A stretch of 20,470 bases of DNA, from assembly GCA_033762915.1 (NCBI GenBank), contig JANRLD010000065.1, positions 1 to 20,470 on the forward strand, in the 5' to 3' direction. Below are positions 1-9,017 of this stretch, piece after piece (position 1 is the stretch's first letter; each line of letters opens with the position of its first letter). The notes beneath the pieces are model-generated. The model was not told the origin of the DNA and did not search any database. It saw only the letters and a program-made list of their open reading frames with translations. The stretch is from Meiothermus sp. GTDB lineage: Bacteria > Deinococcota > Deinococci > Deinococcales > Thermaceae. Position numbers and translations under genes: made by a program.

Positions 1-182
<182 letters not shown>

Positions 183-263
183 AGGAGTCTTCTTCGGGGG
201 TCTTTCGTTACCCGCCGAACATCCGTGCAAACGGAAACTCGCCTAACCTGTGCTTCAAGATAC

Positions 264-296
264 GGCCCGCCCCGCAAGGGGCGGGCCTTCTTTGTT
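264..296 (+). terminator. Rho-independent terminator after 16S rRNA
   Basis: 10-bp stem GGCCCGCCCC/GGGGCGGGCC, GCAA tetraloop, tail TTCTTTGTT. Confidence 0.9.
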
Positions 297-350
297 GCCC
301 GACCCCCCAAGCCTACCGCAGGGGTTGGCCCCGCCGCAGTTCGCGGGACG

Positions 351-389
351 GGTCTCCTCCGGCGACGCCCGCCACGGCCGGAGGAGACC
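351..389. repeat. 13-bp perfect inverted repeat (possible terminator or stability hairpin for the 395..805 gene)
   Basis: GGTCTCCTCCGGC (351-363) / GCCGGAGGAGACC (377-389), 5 nt past the minus-strand stop; no U-tract. Confidence 0.55.
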
Positions 390-394
390 TGCCC

Positions 395-805
395 CTAGCC
401 CAGGCGGCACCACAAAAGCTGGCTCTGGCCGCCCGCCAGCAGCCAGTAGCCCAGCACCAACTCGCCCCTGGTCCCTGTCAGCTTGAAGGCTTCCACGTTC
501 GAGCCGCCCTGCGAGAGGTTGCCTTTGGACTCTAGCCTCCAACCCGCCTTCTGGATGGCCTCGTTGAAGCCCTCGATCAGCTTGCTGTACTCCCCTGCGG
601 TGGCGGCCTTGGCGAACGACCAGCCCTCGGAGAACTGGCAGCGCCGCCCTTCGGTCACCGCCAGGGCCCGCAGCACCCGCTCCTCGGGGGTTTTGATGAC
701 GGCCGCCCCCGCGATCGGGAGCGGCTGGTTGAGGACTCTCGAGGCGGTCTGTGCCAGCGCCAGCGAGGTCAGCAGAAGGAGCGCAAGGTAGGTAAGTCGC
801 TTCAT
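395..805 (-). CDS. Secreted hypothetical protein (136 aa)
   Basis: True start is ATG 805 with GGAG SD. Signal peptide MKRLTYLALLLLTSLALA|Q; two Cys. The 352-aa ORF extension overlaps the next gene and is spurious. Confidence 0.8.
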   Translation of the reverse strand: MKRLTYLALLLLTSLALAQTASRVLNQPLPIAGAAVIKTPEERVLRALAVTEGRRCQFSEGWSFAKAATAGEYSKLIEGFNEAIQKAGWRLESKGNLSQGGSNVEAFKLTGTRGELVLGYWLLAGGQSQLLWCRLG

Positions 806-894
806 CGAATCTCCGTTGTCCGGGTGGGGCCTCGAGGGCTGAAGGTCAGCAGGTCGGTGAAACCAAGGTCTGCAGCGCCCTGCCCGGCCTCCCG

Positions 895-1344
895 CTACCT
901 CGTTGCCTGCACGTTCACCTCGTCCAGCAGTGCCGCCAGCACCCGCTGTTGGGTGGATTCGCGGATCTCCCTGGCGCGCTCGGGGTTTAGCTCGGCCAGC
1001 ACCTCGAAGGCGGTGGAGCCTTGCAACTCGGTGATGGAGTCGGGGCGGTTGGAGCGCACCAGGCGCTCCATGTTCTCGGCAAAGACCACCTCGGCGATCT
1101 TGGCTACCATCTGGGGCTGCTCCTGGCCGATGTACTCCTTGAGCAAGATCAGGGCGATGTCCTGCCGCGACTGGCTGCGGGTGTCGGAAAGCTCGTCGAT
1201 CAGGCCCTCGATGAAGTTGCGGCTCTCGATGGAGTCGGCGATGCGCTGGCTGCCCACGTTCAGGAACCAGCCCAACACGATGGGCATCGCCACCATCGCC
1301 AGCTTGCCCACCAGGTCCCAGGCCATCGCGCTGCGCTCGTTCAT
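895..1344 (-). CDS. Hypothetical protein with N-terminal TM anchor (149 aa)
   Basis: Host-like codon usage, hydrophobic LVGKLAMVAMPIVLGWFL, helical remainder; TACAGT-N6-ATG leaderless promoter. Confidence 0.8.
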   Translation of the reverse strand: MNERSAMAWDLVGKLAMVAMPIVLGWFLNVGSQRIADSIESRNFIEGLIDELSDTRSQSRQDIALILLKEYIGQEQPQMVAKIAEVVFAENMERLVRSNRPDSITELQGSTAFEVLAELNPERAREIRESTQQRVLAALLDEVNVQATR

Positions 1345-1477
1345 GGGTCAACTGTAGTGCAGGCGGGGCGGTTTGGGAATTGACGTGGGCTTGAGGAAGG
1401 TGTCGGGACCCGGGCGAGCCGGACAACCCAGGCAACCGCGACTTCCAGGCCACGTCTACGGGTCGTCCGGCAAGCCC

Positions 1478-1504
1478 AGAGAAAAGAGCGCCCGGGGGCG
1501 CTCT
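1478..1504 (-). terminator. Terminator of aquaporin gene
   Basis: AGAGCGCC/GGCGCTCT stem with an A-run on the + strand (U-tract on -), 18 nt after the stop. Confidence 0.75.
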
Positions 1505-1522
1505 CGAGGGGCGGTGGTGGCC

Positions 1523-2173
1523 TCAGCGGCCGTCTTTCTCGCCGTACACAAAGTCGTAGATCAGGGCGGCCAGACCGGCCCCCACCAGCGGCCCGATCCA
1601 GTAGATCCAGTGGGCCGTCCACTCCCCGCCCACCACCGCCGGGCCGAAGGCGCGGGCGGGGTTCATAGCCGCGCCGGAGATGGCCCCGCCTGCCAAGATG
1701 TCCATGGTAATGGTCAGACCGATGGCGATCCCAGCGAAGGAGTAGTTGTTCTTAACCGCCGCCCCGAAGATCACCGAGACCAGGAAGAAGGTCAGGAAGA
1801 TCTCCATCATCAGCGCCTGCACGGCGGTGTGGCCCGAGCCCGGCACCGGGGTGCCGCTGACCACAGCGGTGCCCTGGTAGATGGCGCCGATGAAGAAAGC
1901 TCCGGCCAGACCGCCCAGGAGTTGGGCGACCCAGTAACCCACCGCGCCCAGCGGGGTGATGCGCCCCGTGATCAACATGGCGAAGGTGACGGCGGGGTTG
2001 AAGTGCCCCCCCGAGATCGCCCCCAGTGCCACGATCGAAAGCCCGATGGCCAACCCGTGCGCGAACGCGATCACGATCAGCTCCTCGCCCCGCGTGGCCG
2101 CTATCGCGCCGATCCCGACAAAGCAGAGCGCGAACACGCCCAGAAACTCTGCCACCAGTGCCCTTAGGTTCAT
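1523..2173 (-). CDS. MIP family channel (aquaporin)
   Basis: AEFLG, SGGHFNPAVT and GAAMNPAR (two NPA motifs), WIYWIGP; GGAGG SD. Confidence 0.97.
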   Translation of the reverse strand: MNLRALVAEFLGVFALCFVGIGAIAATRGEELIVIAFAHGLAIGLSIVALGAISGGHFNPAVTFAMLITGRITPLGAVGYWVAQLLGGLAGAFFIGAIYQGTAVVSGTPVPGSGHTAVQALMMEIFLTFFLVSVIFGAAVKNNYSFAGIAIGLTITMDILAGGAISGAAMNPARAFGPAVVGGEWTAHWIYWIGPLVGAGLAALIYDFVYGEKDGR

Positions 2174-2429
2174 ATCTGCCTCCCTTGCGCCCCTACGTTA
2201 CCAGAAAGGCGGGGGGTGGGGAAAGGCGACCGGGGAGCACTGGATGCAGGTCTTCGCCGTTCTTTACCGCCCCCGTCTGCCGCTACTTGCCGCTGCCGGC
2301 TTTTGCCCGCTCCCTTTGCCCCCTGAGGTGCGCGATGGGGCCGGAAATGCGCCGAGGGGATTGCGCCCGGCGCGGCCATTGTGTTTGCCGGTTTTGCACA
2401 CCTGCCCCGGCGCAACTTAGGATGGGGTC

Positions 2430-2891
2430 ATGTGGAAGCGCCTGGTGCGCCTGTATAAAGCCTTCCTGCCGGCCCGCTCGAGGCCCGACGACGCCTGGGC
2501 CGAGGCCGAGCTGATGTTCGAGGAGGTGCTGCTGTACCGGGCCATGGACTCCAGGGACCGTGAGCACGCGGTGGGGGTGGCCAGGCGGCTTTTGGAGCGC
2601 TACCCCGACGCGCCGGGCTACGTGGTGCGGGCAGCCCTGCTGCACGATAGCGGCAAGGCCCTTAGGCCCTATAAGCCGCTGGAGCGCGTCCTGACCGGTC
2701 TGCTCACGCTCAAGGTGCCCCTCCAGCCCCTCCACACCGACTGGCGCGGGGCTTGGCAGGTTCGCCAGTACCACCCCGAGTACGCGGCGCGGCGCATCAT
2801 GGACCTCGAGGTGGCCGCCCTGGTGCGCGAGCACCACGCCCCCCAGAGCGAGTGGGGGCGGCGGCTGCACGAGGTAGACGAGGAGTTTTGA
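2430..2891 (+). CDS. HD-domain (HDIG-like) phosphohydrolase
   Basis: EH...AALLHDSGK...YHPE...EHH...D metal ligands; TAGGAT-N6-ATG. Confidence 0.88.
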   Translation: MWKRLVRLYKAFLPARSRPDDAWAEAELMFEEVLLYRAMDSRDREHAVGVARRLLERYPDAPGYVVRAALLHDSGKALRPYKPLERVLTGLLTLKVPLQPLHTDWRGAWQVRQYHPEYAARRIMDLEVAALVREHHAPQSEWGRRLHEVDEEF

Positions 2892-2981
2892 GCCGCGGCG
2901 GGGGAGCCCTGCGGCCCAAGAGCGCTGGGCCGACCTACCGGGTACGGCACCGTAACCGTGTGCACGCCGCCCGACCACAGG

Positions 2982-3935
2982 CTACCGGGCCAGGTCGAAG
3001 CGTGTGATCGGGCCGTTGAGTCCGTCTATGCGCCGGGGCAGGCTGGTGATGGGCACGACCTCACCCGTTACCGCGTCGTAGGCGGTGAAGGCCAGGCGGC
3101 CTTGGTCGGGCCAGAGTTCCAGCAGCGTGACGGTGGACCGGGCGGTGCCGGGGTGGCCCAGGTAGTCGCGCCCGCCGATGCCGCCCGCGTGCAGCAGGGT
3201 CAGGTTGCCGCGCTTGGCCGGGTAGTAGGCCGCGTGGTGGCCGCTGACGTAGAGGCCGACGCGGTGACGCTCGAGCAGCCCCCGGATGGCCTCGCCGTCC
3301 CACAGGACGTTGCCCGGGGTGCTGCGCCCGGCCGAGACGCCGTAGAGCGGTAGGTGACCCATCACAACCCGCGTGGAGGCTTGCTGGGCCGCGCTCGAGG
3401 CCAGGCTACGGGCCAGCCATTCGCGGTCTTGCAGGGCGGCGCTGCTGGCGTCCACCACCGCGACGAAGACTTCTCCAAGGGTGAAGCTGTAGGCAAAAGG
3501 GAACTGGGAGCGGTCTACGAACTCGAGGTCCGGCACGTTTCGGCCCCAGTAGCTGCGGGCGGCGGTCCGATCCAGCGCGAACACGAACCCGCCCGAGCGG
3601 TTGCGCGCCGAGGAGGCGTCGTGGTTCCCCATCGCGGGGGCGTAGGGGATCCCGGCCCGGCGCAGCGGCCCGGCGATTTCGCGGTCGAAGGCCCGCCACA
3701 TGGCCTCAAGTCGCCCCGCCCCCAGCCGCAGACTCTGCCCGGCCACCAGGTCCCCCGGCATCAGCACCAGAGCGGGCTTCCACTCCTGGGTGATGCGGCG
3801 CACCACCCCCTGCACGGCGGGGCCGTACCCCACCGTCCCGTACGCTCCGTTAAAGTCCCCGAACACCACCACCCGCACCGGCGCGGCCCAGGCGGCGGCG
3901 AGCGCCAGCAACAGGAGGGGGAGGGCTCGAGGCAT
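2982..3935 (-). CDS. Secreted calcineurin-like metallophosphoesterase
   Basis: Signal peptide; GDFNG, GDLV, GNHD, GHLP, SGHH motifs. Start ATG 3935 is supported by TATAGT-N6-ATG. Confidence 0.9.
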   Translation of the reverse strand: MPRALPLLLLALAAAWAAPVRVVVFGDFNGAYGTVGYGPAVQGVVRRITQEWKPALVLMPGDLVAGQSLRLGAGRLEAMWRAFDREIAGPLRRAGIPYAPAMGNHDASSARNRSGGFVFALDRTAARSYWGRNVPDLEFVDRSQFPFAYSFTLGEVFVAVVDASSAALQDREWLARSLASSAAQQASTRVVMGHLPLYGVSAGRSTPGNVLWDGEAIRGLLERHRVGLYVSGHHAAYYPAKRGNLTLLHAGGIGGRDYLGHPGTARSTVTLLELWPDQGRLAFTAYDAVTGEVVPITSLPRRIDGLNGPITRFDLAR

Positions 3936-4059
3936 GTTCAAACTATACCCAGGAGCGGGGGAGAGCAAAGAAAGGGCCTGACGGGTGGGGCCCCTGCCCC
4001 CTTACCGTTAAGCAATCCAACTCCCGATTCCCCCCCACCCGCTGCCCTAAAATGGCTCC

Positions 4060-4392
4060 ATGAGTGACGCCGCGACCCTTCCCAGCCAGGAGCAGATTAT
4101 TGAGGCCCTGAAGGTGGTCAAAGACCCCGAGATTCCGGTGAACGTGGTGGACCTGGGGCTGGTCTACGAGGCCGAGGTCAAAGAGGGTGGGGTGGTGGAC
4201 ATCACCATGACCCTAACCTCCATCGGCTGCCCGGCCCAGGACATCGTTAAGGCCGACGCCGAGATTGCGGTGATGCGCCTCGAGGGGGTTAACGCGGTCA
4301 ACGTGGAGTTCGTCTGGTCGCCGCCCTGGTCGCCCGCCAAGATGACCGAGGACGGCAAGCGCCAGATGCGGATGTTCGGCTTTAACGTGTGA
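4060..4392 (+). CDS. Metal-sulfur cluster assembly factor (DUF59/SufT/PaaD-like)
   Basis: DPE..VNVVDLGLVY, MTLTSIGCP, PPWSP motifs; TAAAAT-N6-ATG. Confidence 0.93.
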   Translation: MSDAATLPSQEQIIEALKVVKDPEIPVNVVDLGLVYEAEVKEGGVVDITMTLTSIGCPAQDIVKADAEIAVMRLEGVNAVNVEFVWSPPWSPAKMTEDGKRQMRMFGFNV

Positions 4393-4548
4393 GCGCGGTA
4401 GGCCATTGGGCGCGTTGCGCAACCGCATGGGCGCGCGTGTCTTCGGGGTGGGGGCATTACATGAAGGTTCAGCGGTGATTAAGACCTAGTTCAGAGCGCC
4501 CTTATAGACGCAGACTAGGCTTCTATAGAACTGTCCTGAGGTGTCTTG

Positions 4549-5817
4549 ATGAAGCGAGTTTTGCTGATGTTGGCCCTGGGATTAGGCGCGCTGGTCGCCT
4601 GCCAGAACCCCGGCTCCCCCACCCCCGACCCGGACGTCCCCGACCCCAACCCCGACCCGCCGGGCCAGTTCGGGCCGATTAACTTCACCGCCCGCACCGT
4701 CACCACCGGCCAGGGCATCGTCTGGAGCATGAAGTTCGCCCCCGACGGGAGGCTGTTTTTTACCTCCAAGAACACCCCTACCGTCGAGGTTCGGGCGCTC
4801 ACCGTGGCGACCGGCGCGGTGCAGGGCTTCGGCTCGAGCGCGGCGGTTCGGGTCGAGGGCGAGGGCGGGGTGCTGGGCCTCGAGCTCGACCCCCAGTTCG
4901 CCAGCAACGGCCGGGTCTACGTCTGCTACTCCAACACCAACAGTGCCGACGCCACCAACAGCCGCCGCAACCGCGTCTCGGCCTTCACCATCTCCGGCAA
5001 CACCCTGAGCGGCGAGCAGGTGCTGCTCGACGGGATGCTGGGCTGGACCAACCACAACGGCTGTCGGCTGCTCTTCGGGCCCGACGGCAAGCTCTACGTG
5101 AGCATGGGCGAGGCCGGGTTTGGGCCTTCCAACGTGGCGGGCGAGGCCGGCGGCCCGGCCAAGGCCCAGAGCCTTAACTTGCTCTCGGGCAAGGTCTTCC
5201 GTATCAACCCCGACGGCTCGATCCCCGGCGATAACCCGTTCTTTGGCTCGCTCAGCGGCCCGTTGCGGGCTATCTGGACGTTCGGCCATCGCAACCCGCA
5301 GGGCCTGGCCTTCCAGCCCGGCACCGGCCTGCTGTGGTCTACCGAGCACGGCCAGGACACCCGAGACGAGCTGAACGTCATCAAGCGCGGCAGAAACTAC
5401 GGCTGGCCTGCCTGCGCGGGCACCCAGCGCTGGGGCACCACCATCAACACCGACGGCGGCTACAACTGCCGCACCCGCGCCGAGTTCCCCAACCTCAACT
5501 CGGGCAACTACGAGCCCGCCGTGCGCGAGTACTCCGGCGGCGCCAACGGCAACGGCCCCACCATCGCCCCCAGCAACATGACCTTCTACCAGGGCAACGC
5601 CTTCCCCGATCTGCGCGGCAACCTGCTCTTCACCACCCTCAAGACCAACCGCCTCTACCGCCTCCAGATCACTGGCGAGCAGGTCAGCGCCGAGCAGATC
5701 ATGATAGACGCCAACCGGGGCTTCGGGCGGCTGCGCGACGTGCAAGTGGGGCCGGACGGCTTCATCTACATCGCCAGCGACGACGGGAGCATCCGGCGGC
5801 TCGAGCCGGCCAACTAG
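4549..5817 (+). CDS. PQQ-dependent sugar dehydrogenase (GSDH/YliI family) lipoprotein
   Basis: Lipobox LVAC, Pro-Asp linker, GEGGVLGLELDP, HNGCRL.FGPDG, GHRNPQG, EHG..DELN, NYGWP, GRLRDV. Confidence 0.93.
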   Translation: MKRVLLMLALGLGALVACQNPGSPTPDPDVPDPNPDPPGQFGPINFTARTVTTGQGIVWSMKFAPDGRLFFTSKNTPTVEVRALTVATGAVQGFGSSAAVRVEGEGGVLGLELDPQFASNGRVYVCYSNTNSADATNSRRNRVSAFTISGNTLSGEQVLLDGMLGWTNHNGCRLLFGPDGKLYVSMGEAGFGPSNVAGEAGGPAKAQSLNLLSGKVFRINPDGSIPGDNPFFGSLSGPLRAIWTFGHRNPQGLAFQPGTGLLWSTEHGQDTRDELNVIKRGRNYGWPACAGTQRWGTTINTDGGYNCRTRAEFPNLNSGNYEPAVREYSGGANGNGPTIAPSNMTFYQGNAFPDLRGNLLFTTLKTNRLYRLQITGEQVSAEQIMIDANRGFGRLRDVQVGPDGFIYIASDDGSIRRLEPAN

Positions 5818-5908
5818 TACCTCCCGTCTATCTGCGACACGCGCCGACCACAGATCAGCTTGGCGAGTGCCGCAGGCACGCACGGGAGCAATTCCGGCGG
5901 AAAGACAT

Positions 5909-5943
5909 AAAGAAGCCCCCGCGCACGGCGGGGGCTTTGGTTT
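5909..5943. terminator. Bidirectional terminator between the sugar dehydrogenase gene and rplL
   Basis: AAGCCCCCGC/GCGGGGGCTT stem (5913-5937) flanked by A-rich and T-rich runs between convergent genes. Confidence 0.85.
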
Positions 5944-5960
5944 GCGGGTCAGGGCGAGGC

Positions 5961-6341
5961 TTAAGAGGCCTTGAGCTCCACCTTGGCGCCGGCCTTCTCG
6001 AGCTGCTCCTTGATCTTGTTGGCCTCGTCCTTGGGCAGGCTCTCCTTGACGTTGCCGCCGGCTTCGGCCAGGTCCTTGGCCTCTTTCAGGCCCAGGCCGG
6101 TGATGGCGCGGACTTCCTTGATCACGTCGAGCTTCTTCTCGCCCGCGCTGATCAGCACCACGTTGAACTCGGTGGGCTCCTCGACGGCGGGGGCGGCGGC
6201 GGCGGCCACAGCGGGGCCGGCCATCACGGGAGCGGCGGCGGTCACGCCCCACTCTTCCTTCAGCTCGTCAATGAGTTGCTTGAGTTCCAGGACGGTAGCG
6301 CCCGAGAGCTGGGTCTTGATCGAAGCGATATCCAGAGCCAT
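5961..6341 (-). CDS. rplL: 50S ribosomal protein L7/L12
   Basis: GVTAAAPV hinge, [28 protein letters not shown]. Confidence 0.99.
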   Translation of the reverse strand: MALDIASIKTQLSGATVLELKQLIDELKEEWGVTAAAPVMAGPAVAAAAAPAVEEPTEFNVVLISAGEKKLDVIKEVRAITGLGLKEAKDLAEAGGNVKESLPKDEANKIKEQLEKAGAKVELKAS

Positions 6342-6418
6342 TTTTTTCCTCCTAAAGTTGGGCCTGTTCCGGCCCCGTTAGCCTTCCTGCTTATGCCGAA
6401 GTAGGCGCTGAGCGCGGC

Positions 6419-6940
6419 CTAGGCTTCCTGCTTCTGCACGAAGGCGTCGAGAATGCCTACCAGCTCCTGCTGCTTGCCGCCGAGCACGCCCACGAAGTTG
6501 GACATCGTGGCGGAGAGCACGCCGACGAGTTCGGCCTGCAGCTCCTTCTGGCTGGGCAGGTCGGCCAGGGCCTCGACCTGCTTGGCGTTAAGCGCCTGTC
6601 CCGAGAGCACGCCGCCCTTGATGGCGGGGATGCCTTTGTCGTTGGTCTTGGCGAACTCTTTGAGGGCCTTGGCGGTTCCGGCGGGCTCGTCGAAGAGCAC
6701 CACGGCGGAGGGGCCGCTCAGGCTGTCGAGGGCAGGGAGTCCGAGGTCGCTCATGGCCTTGCGGATCAGGGTGTTCTTGGTCACGATGAGCTGACCACCC
6801 TTATCGCGCACGGCCTTGCGCAGCCTGGACGTGGGGCCTGCCTCGAGGCCCTGATAGTTCACCACGAAGAACGACCCAGCAGCCCCTTTCAGGGTGGCGG
6901 TGAGCGCCTCGAGGTTTTCGACGTTGCGCTTACTGGGCAA
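6419..6940 (-). CDS. rplJ: 50S ribosomal protein L10 (173 aa, TTG start)
   Basis: MPSKRN..., VNYQGL, VTKNTL, IKGG, LADLPS; AAAGGAGG SD 4 nt before TTG. Confidence 0.97.
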   Translation of the reverse strand: MPSKRNVENLEALTATLKGAAGSFFVVNYQGLEAGPTSRLRKAVRDKGGQLIVTKNTLIRKAMSDLGLPALDSLSGPSAVVLFDEPAGTAKALKEFAKTNDKGIPAIKGGVLSGQALNAKQVEALADLPSQKELQAELVGVLSATMSNFVGVLGGKQQELVGILDAFVQKQEA

Positions 6941-7097
6941 AGTTCCTCCTTTTGGGGGTGGGAGGCAGAGGGCGGGAAGTAGGAACACCCCACAACCACA
7001 CCGCCAGCCGCCAAAACCCCAAATGTGGGGAAGTTTGGGATGGGAGTCCCAGCTTGGATTGCGATGAACGCTAGTCCCGTCGGGGCAAGGCCCCTTA

Positions 7098-7143
7098 GCG
7101 CCTCGGCGAGAGATTAAGGCTTGCGCCACTCGCTGTCTTGGGC
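7098..7143 (-). ncRNA. L10 leader core (rplJ autoregulatory RNA)
   Basis: Minus strand CCAAGACAGCGAG-ggcgcaagcc-TTAA-TCTCTCGCCGAGG fits the L10-leader kink-turn pattern, inside the rplJ 5' UTR. Confidence 0.85.
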
Positions 7144-7167
7144 CACTCTGGTGAGTGCCAACCGGGG

Positions 7168-7196
7168 ATTATAGACGGATTCGGCCGCGAAATCAA
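7168..7196 (-). promoter_or_regulatory. SigA promoter of rplJ-rplL
   Basis: TTGATT-17 nt-TATAAT on the minus strand. Confidence 0.85.
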
Positions 7197-7215
7197 GCGC
7201 GGGGCTGCGGGTTGC

Positions 7216-7245
7216 TTGCCGCGGGGCGGAAGGCTGTGCTATAGT
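7216..7245 (+). promoter_or_regulatory. SigA promoter of rplM-rpsI
   Basis: TTGCCG-18 nt-TATAGT with extended TGn. Confidence 0.75.
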
Positions 7246-7349
7246 TCTCGTTGGCGCTTTTTTTGGGGAGGTTCCCCCGAGCCTCCCCGAGACGAGCAAT
7301 TCACCTCTGCACCGGCGTTGGTAGGCGTCGGCGCAACTGGAGCCCCAGA

Positions 7350-7777
7350 GTGTTCAAGACGTTCATCCCGGAAGCAAAAGAGCCCGGCTGGGTTCTGATC
7401 GACGTGGAGGGCCAGCCCATCGGGCGGGTCGCCTCCAAGATCGCCTCAGTGCTGCGCGGCAAGCACAAGCCCGACTTCACCCCCAACATGGCGGGCGGCG
7501 ACTGCGTGGTGGTGATTAACGCCGACAAGGCGATTCTCACCGGCTCCAAGCCCCGCACCAAGCTCTACACCCGCTACTCCGGCTATCCCGGCGGTCTGAA
7601 GGTGGTCAAGGGCGCGGACATGCTGGCCGAGAAGCCGGTCAAGGCTGTCGAGCACGCGGTTAAGGGAATGCTCCCCAAGGGCACCCTGGGCAACACCATG
7701 TTCCGCCGCCTCAAGGTCTACGCCGGCGCGTCCCACCCCCACGCGGCCCAGAAGCCCGTCAAGATGGAGGTCAAGTG

Positions 7778-7778
<1 letters not shown>
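7350..7778 (+). CDS. rplM: 50S ribosomal protein L13 (GTG start)
   Basis: [55 protein letters not shown] before GTG 7350. Confidence 0.98.
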
Positions 7779-8164
<386 letters not shown>

Positions 8165-8181
8165 GGTCCGATGCTCTTTCT

Positions 8182-8213
8182 GCCCCCGCTTTTGGCGGGG
8201 GTTTTTGTTTTTT
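8182..8213 (+). terminator. Terminator of rplM-rpsI
   Basis: GCCCCCGC/GCGGGGGT stem followed by TTTTTGTTTTTT. Confidence 0.92.
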
Positions 8214-8239
8214 GAGCCGCGAAAGTGTACACCTGGCGG

Positions 8240-8268
8240 TTGCCTTAGCTTCAGCCGATTGCTAAAAT
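8240..8268 (+). promoter_or_regulatory. Promoter for leaderless xisH-xisI
   Basis: TTGCCT-17 nt-TAAAAT, 6 nt before the GTG start. Confidence 0.75.
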
Positions 8269-8274
8269 TCCACT

Positions 8275-8697
8275 GTGCCCGCCAAGGATGCGCACCATGA
8301 TGGAGTTCGCCGTGCTCTGGAGAAAGGCGGCTGGCGCATCACCCACGACCCGCTCTATCTCACCTACGGTAGGCGTGACGTTTTTGTGGATCTGGGTGCT
8401 GAGGTCATCGCGGCGGAGACCAACGACGTTCGCATCGCGGTCGAGGTGAAGAGCTTTTTCGGCAAGTCGGAGATGACCGAACTCGAGCGGGCCTTGGGGC
8501 AGATCATGCTGTACCGTAACATGCTGCGCGAGAGTCAGCCGGAGCGCCTTCTCTACCTGGCTGTTCCACAGCCGATCATGGTACGACTGTTTGAGGACGA
8601 CCTCGGGCAGTTGTTGATCAGAAATGAGGCGCTGAGGGTCTTGAGCTACGACCCGGCCCTCGAAGAGGTGGTGAAATGGCTGCCCATACCCTACTAG
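8275..8697 (+). CDS. xisH: XisH family protein (PD-(D/E)xK nuclease-like fold)
   Basis: MPAKD..H..V..AL.K.GW.IT.DP, DLGAE, IAVEVKSF, ALGQ..Y, R.LYLAVP hallmarks. Confidence 0.95.
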   Translation: MPAKDAHHDGVRRALEKGGWRITHDPLYLTYGRRDVFVDLGAEVIAAETNDVRIAVEVKSFFGKSEMTELERALGQIMLYRNMLRESQPERLLYLAVPQPIMVRLFEDDLGQLLIRNEALRVLSYDPALEEVVKWLPIPY

Positions 8698-9017
8698 ACC
8701 CCGCCGAACTGGTTGAGCGTATTCTGCAAGAGTACGCGGCCATTCCCTATGCCAATTCGAGCCAGCAAAAGCAGACGGTCTTCGACCGCGAACACAGGCG
8801 GTTCCTGCTGGTTTCGCACGGTTGGGATAATGGATACCGCATCCACCGGGTCATCCTAGATGTCGAGGTCAAAGGTGACAAGTTCTGGATTCACCAGGAC
8901 AGCACTGAGGACGGAATCGCCACCGACTTAGAACTGGCTGGTATACCCAAAGACCGCATCGTGCTGGCCTGGATTCAAGAAGACGACCGGAAGTACACCG
9001 AATACGCGGTGAGGTGA
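8676..9017 (+). CDS. xisI: XisI family protein
   Basis: FD.E..RF.L...GW, KFWI.QD.TE.GIA..L..AGIPK.RIVLA; overlaps the xisH end; GAGGTG SD. Confidence 0.95.
   Translation: MAAHTLLDPAELVERILQEYAAIPYANSSQQKQTVFDREHRRFLLVSHGWDNGYRIHRVILDVEVKGDKFWIHQDSTEDGIATDLELAGIPKDRIVLAWIQEDDRKYTEYAVR

Noticed and set aside
395..1453. 352-aa ORF as one protein or frameshift fusion
   Set aside because: Only the last 136 aa have an SD and signal peptide; the rest is an alternate frame of the 895..1344 gene.
1382..1456. SRP (4.5S) RNA
   Set aside because: Rod-like fold, but the conserved CAGG...GRAA...GCAGC domain IV motif is absent on both strands.
4413..4530. 10-bp palindromes GTTGCGCAAC and TTCTATAGAA upstream of the sugar dehydrogenase gene as operators
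   Set aside because: Too short, single copies, and no regulator gene nearby.
4612..4662. CCCGACCCC-type repeats as a DNA repeat element
   Set aside because: They simply encode the Pro-Asp linker after the lipoprotein cysteine.
4582..6404. Long ORFs 4582..6252 (-) and 5334..6404 (+)
   Set aside because: Shadow frames of the sugar dehydrogenase and rplL genes in high-GC DNA; Arg/Gly/Ala-rich, with no motifs.
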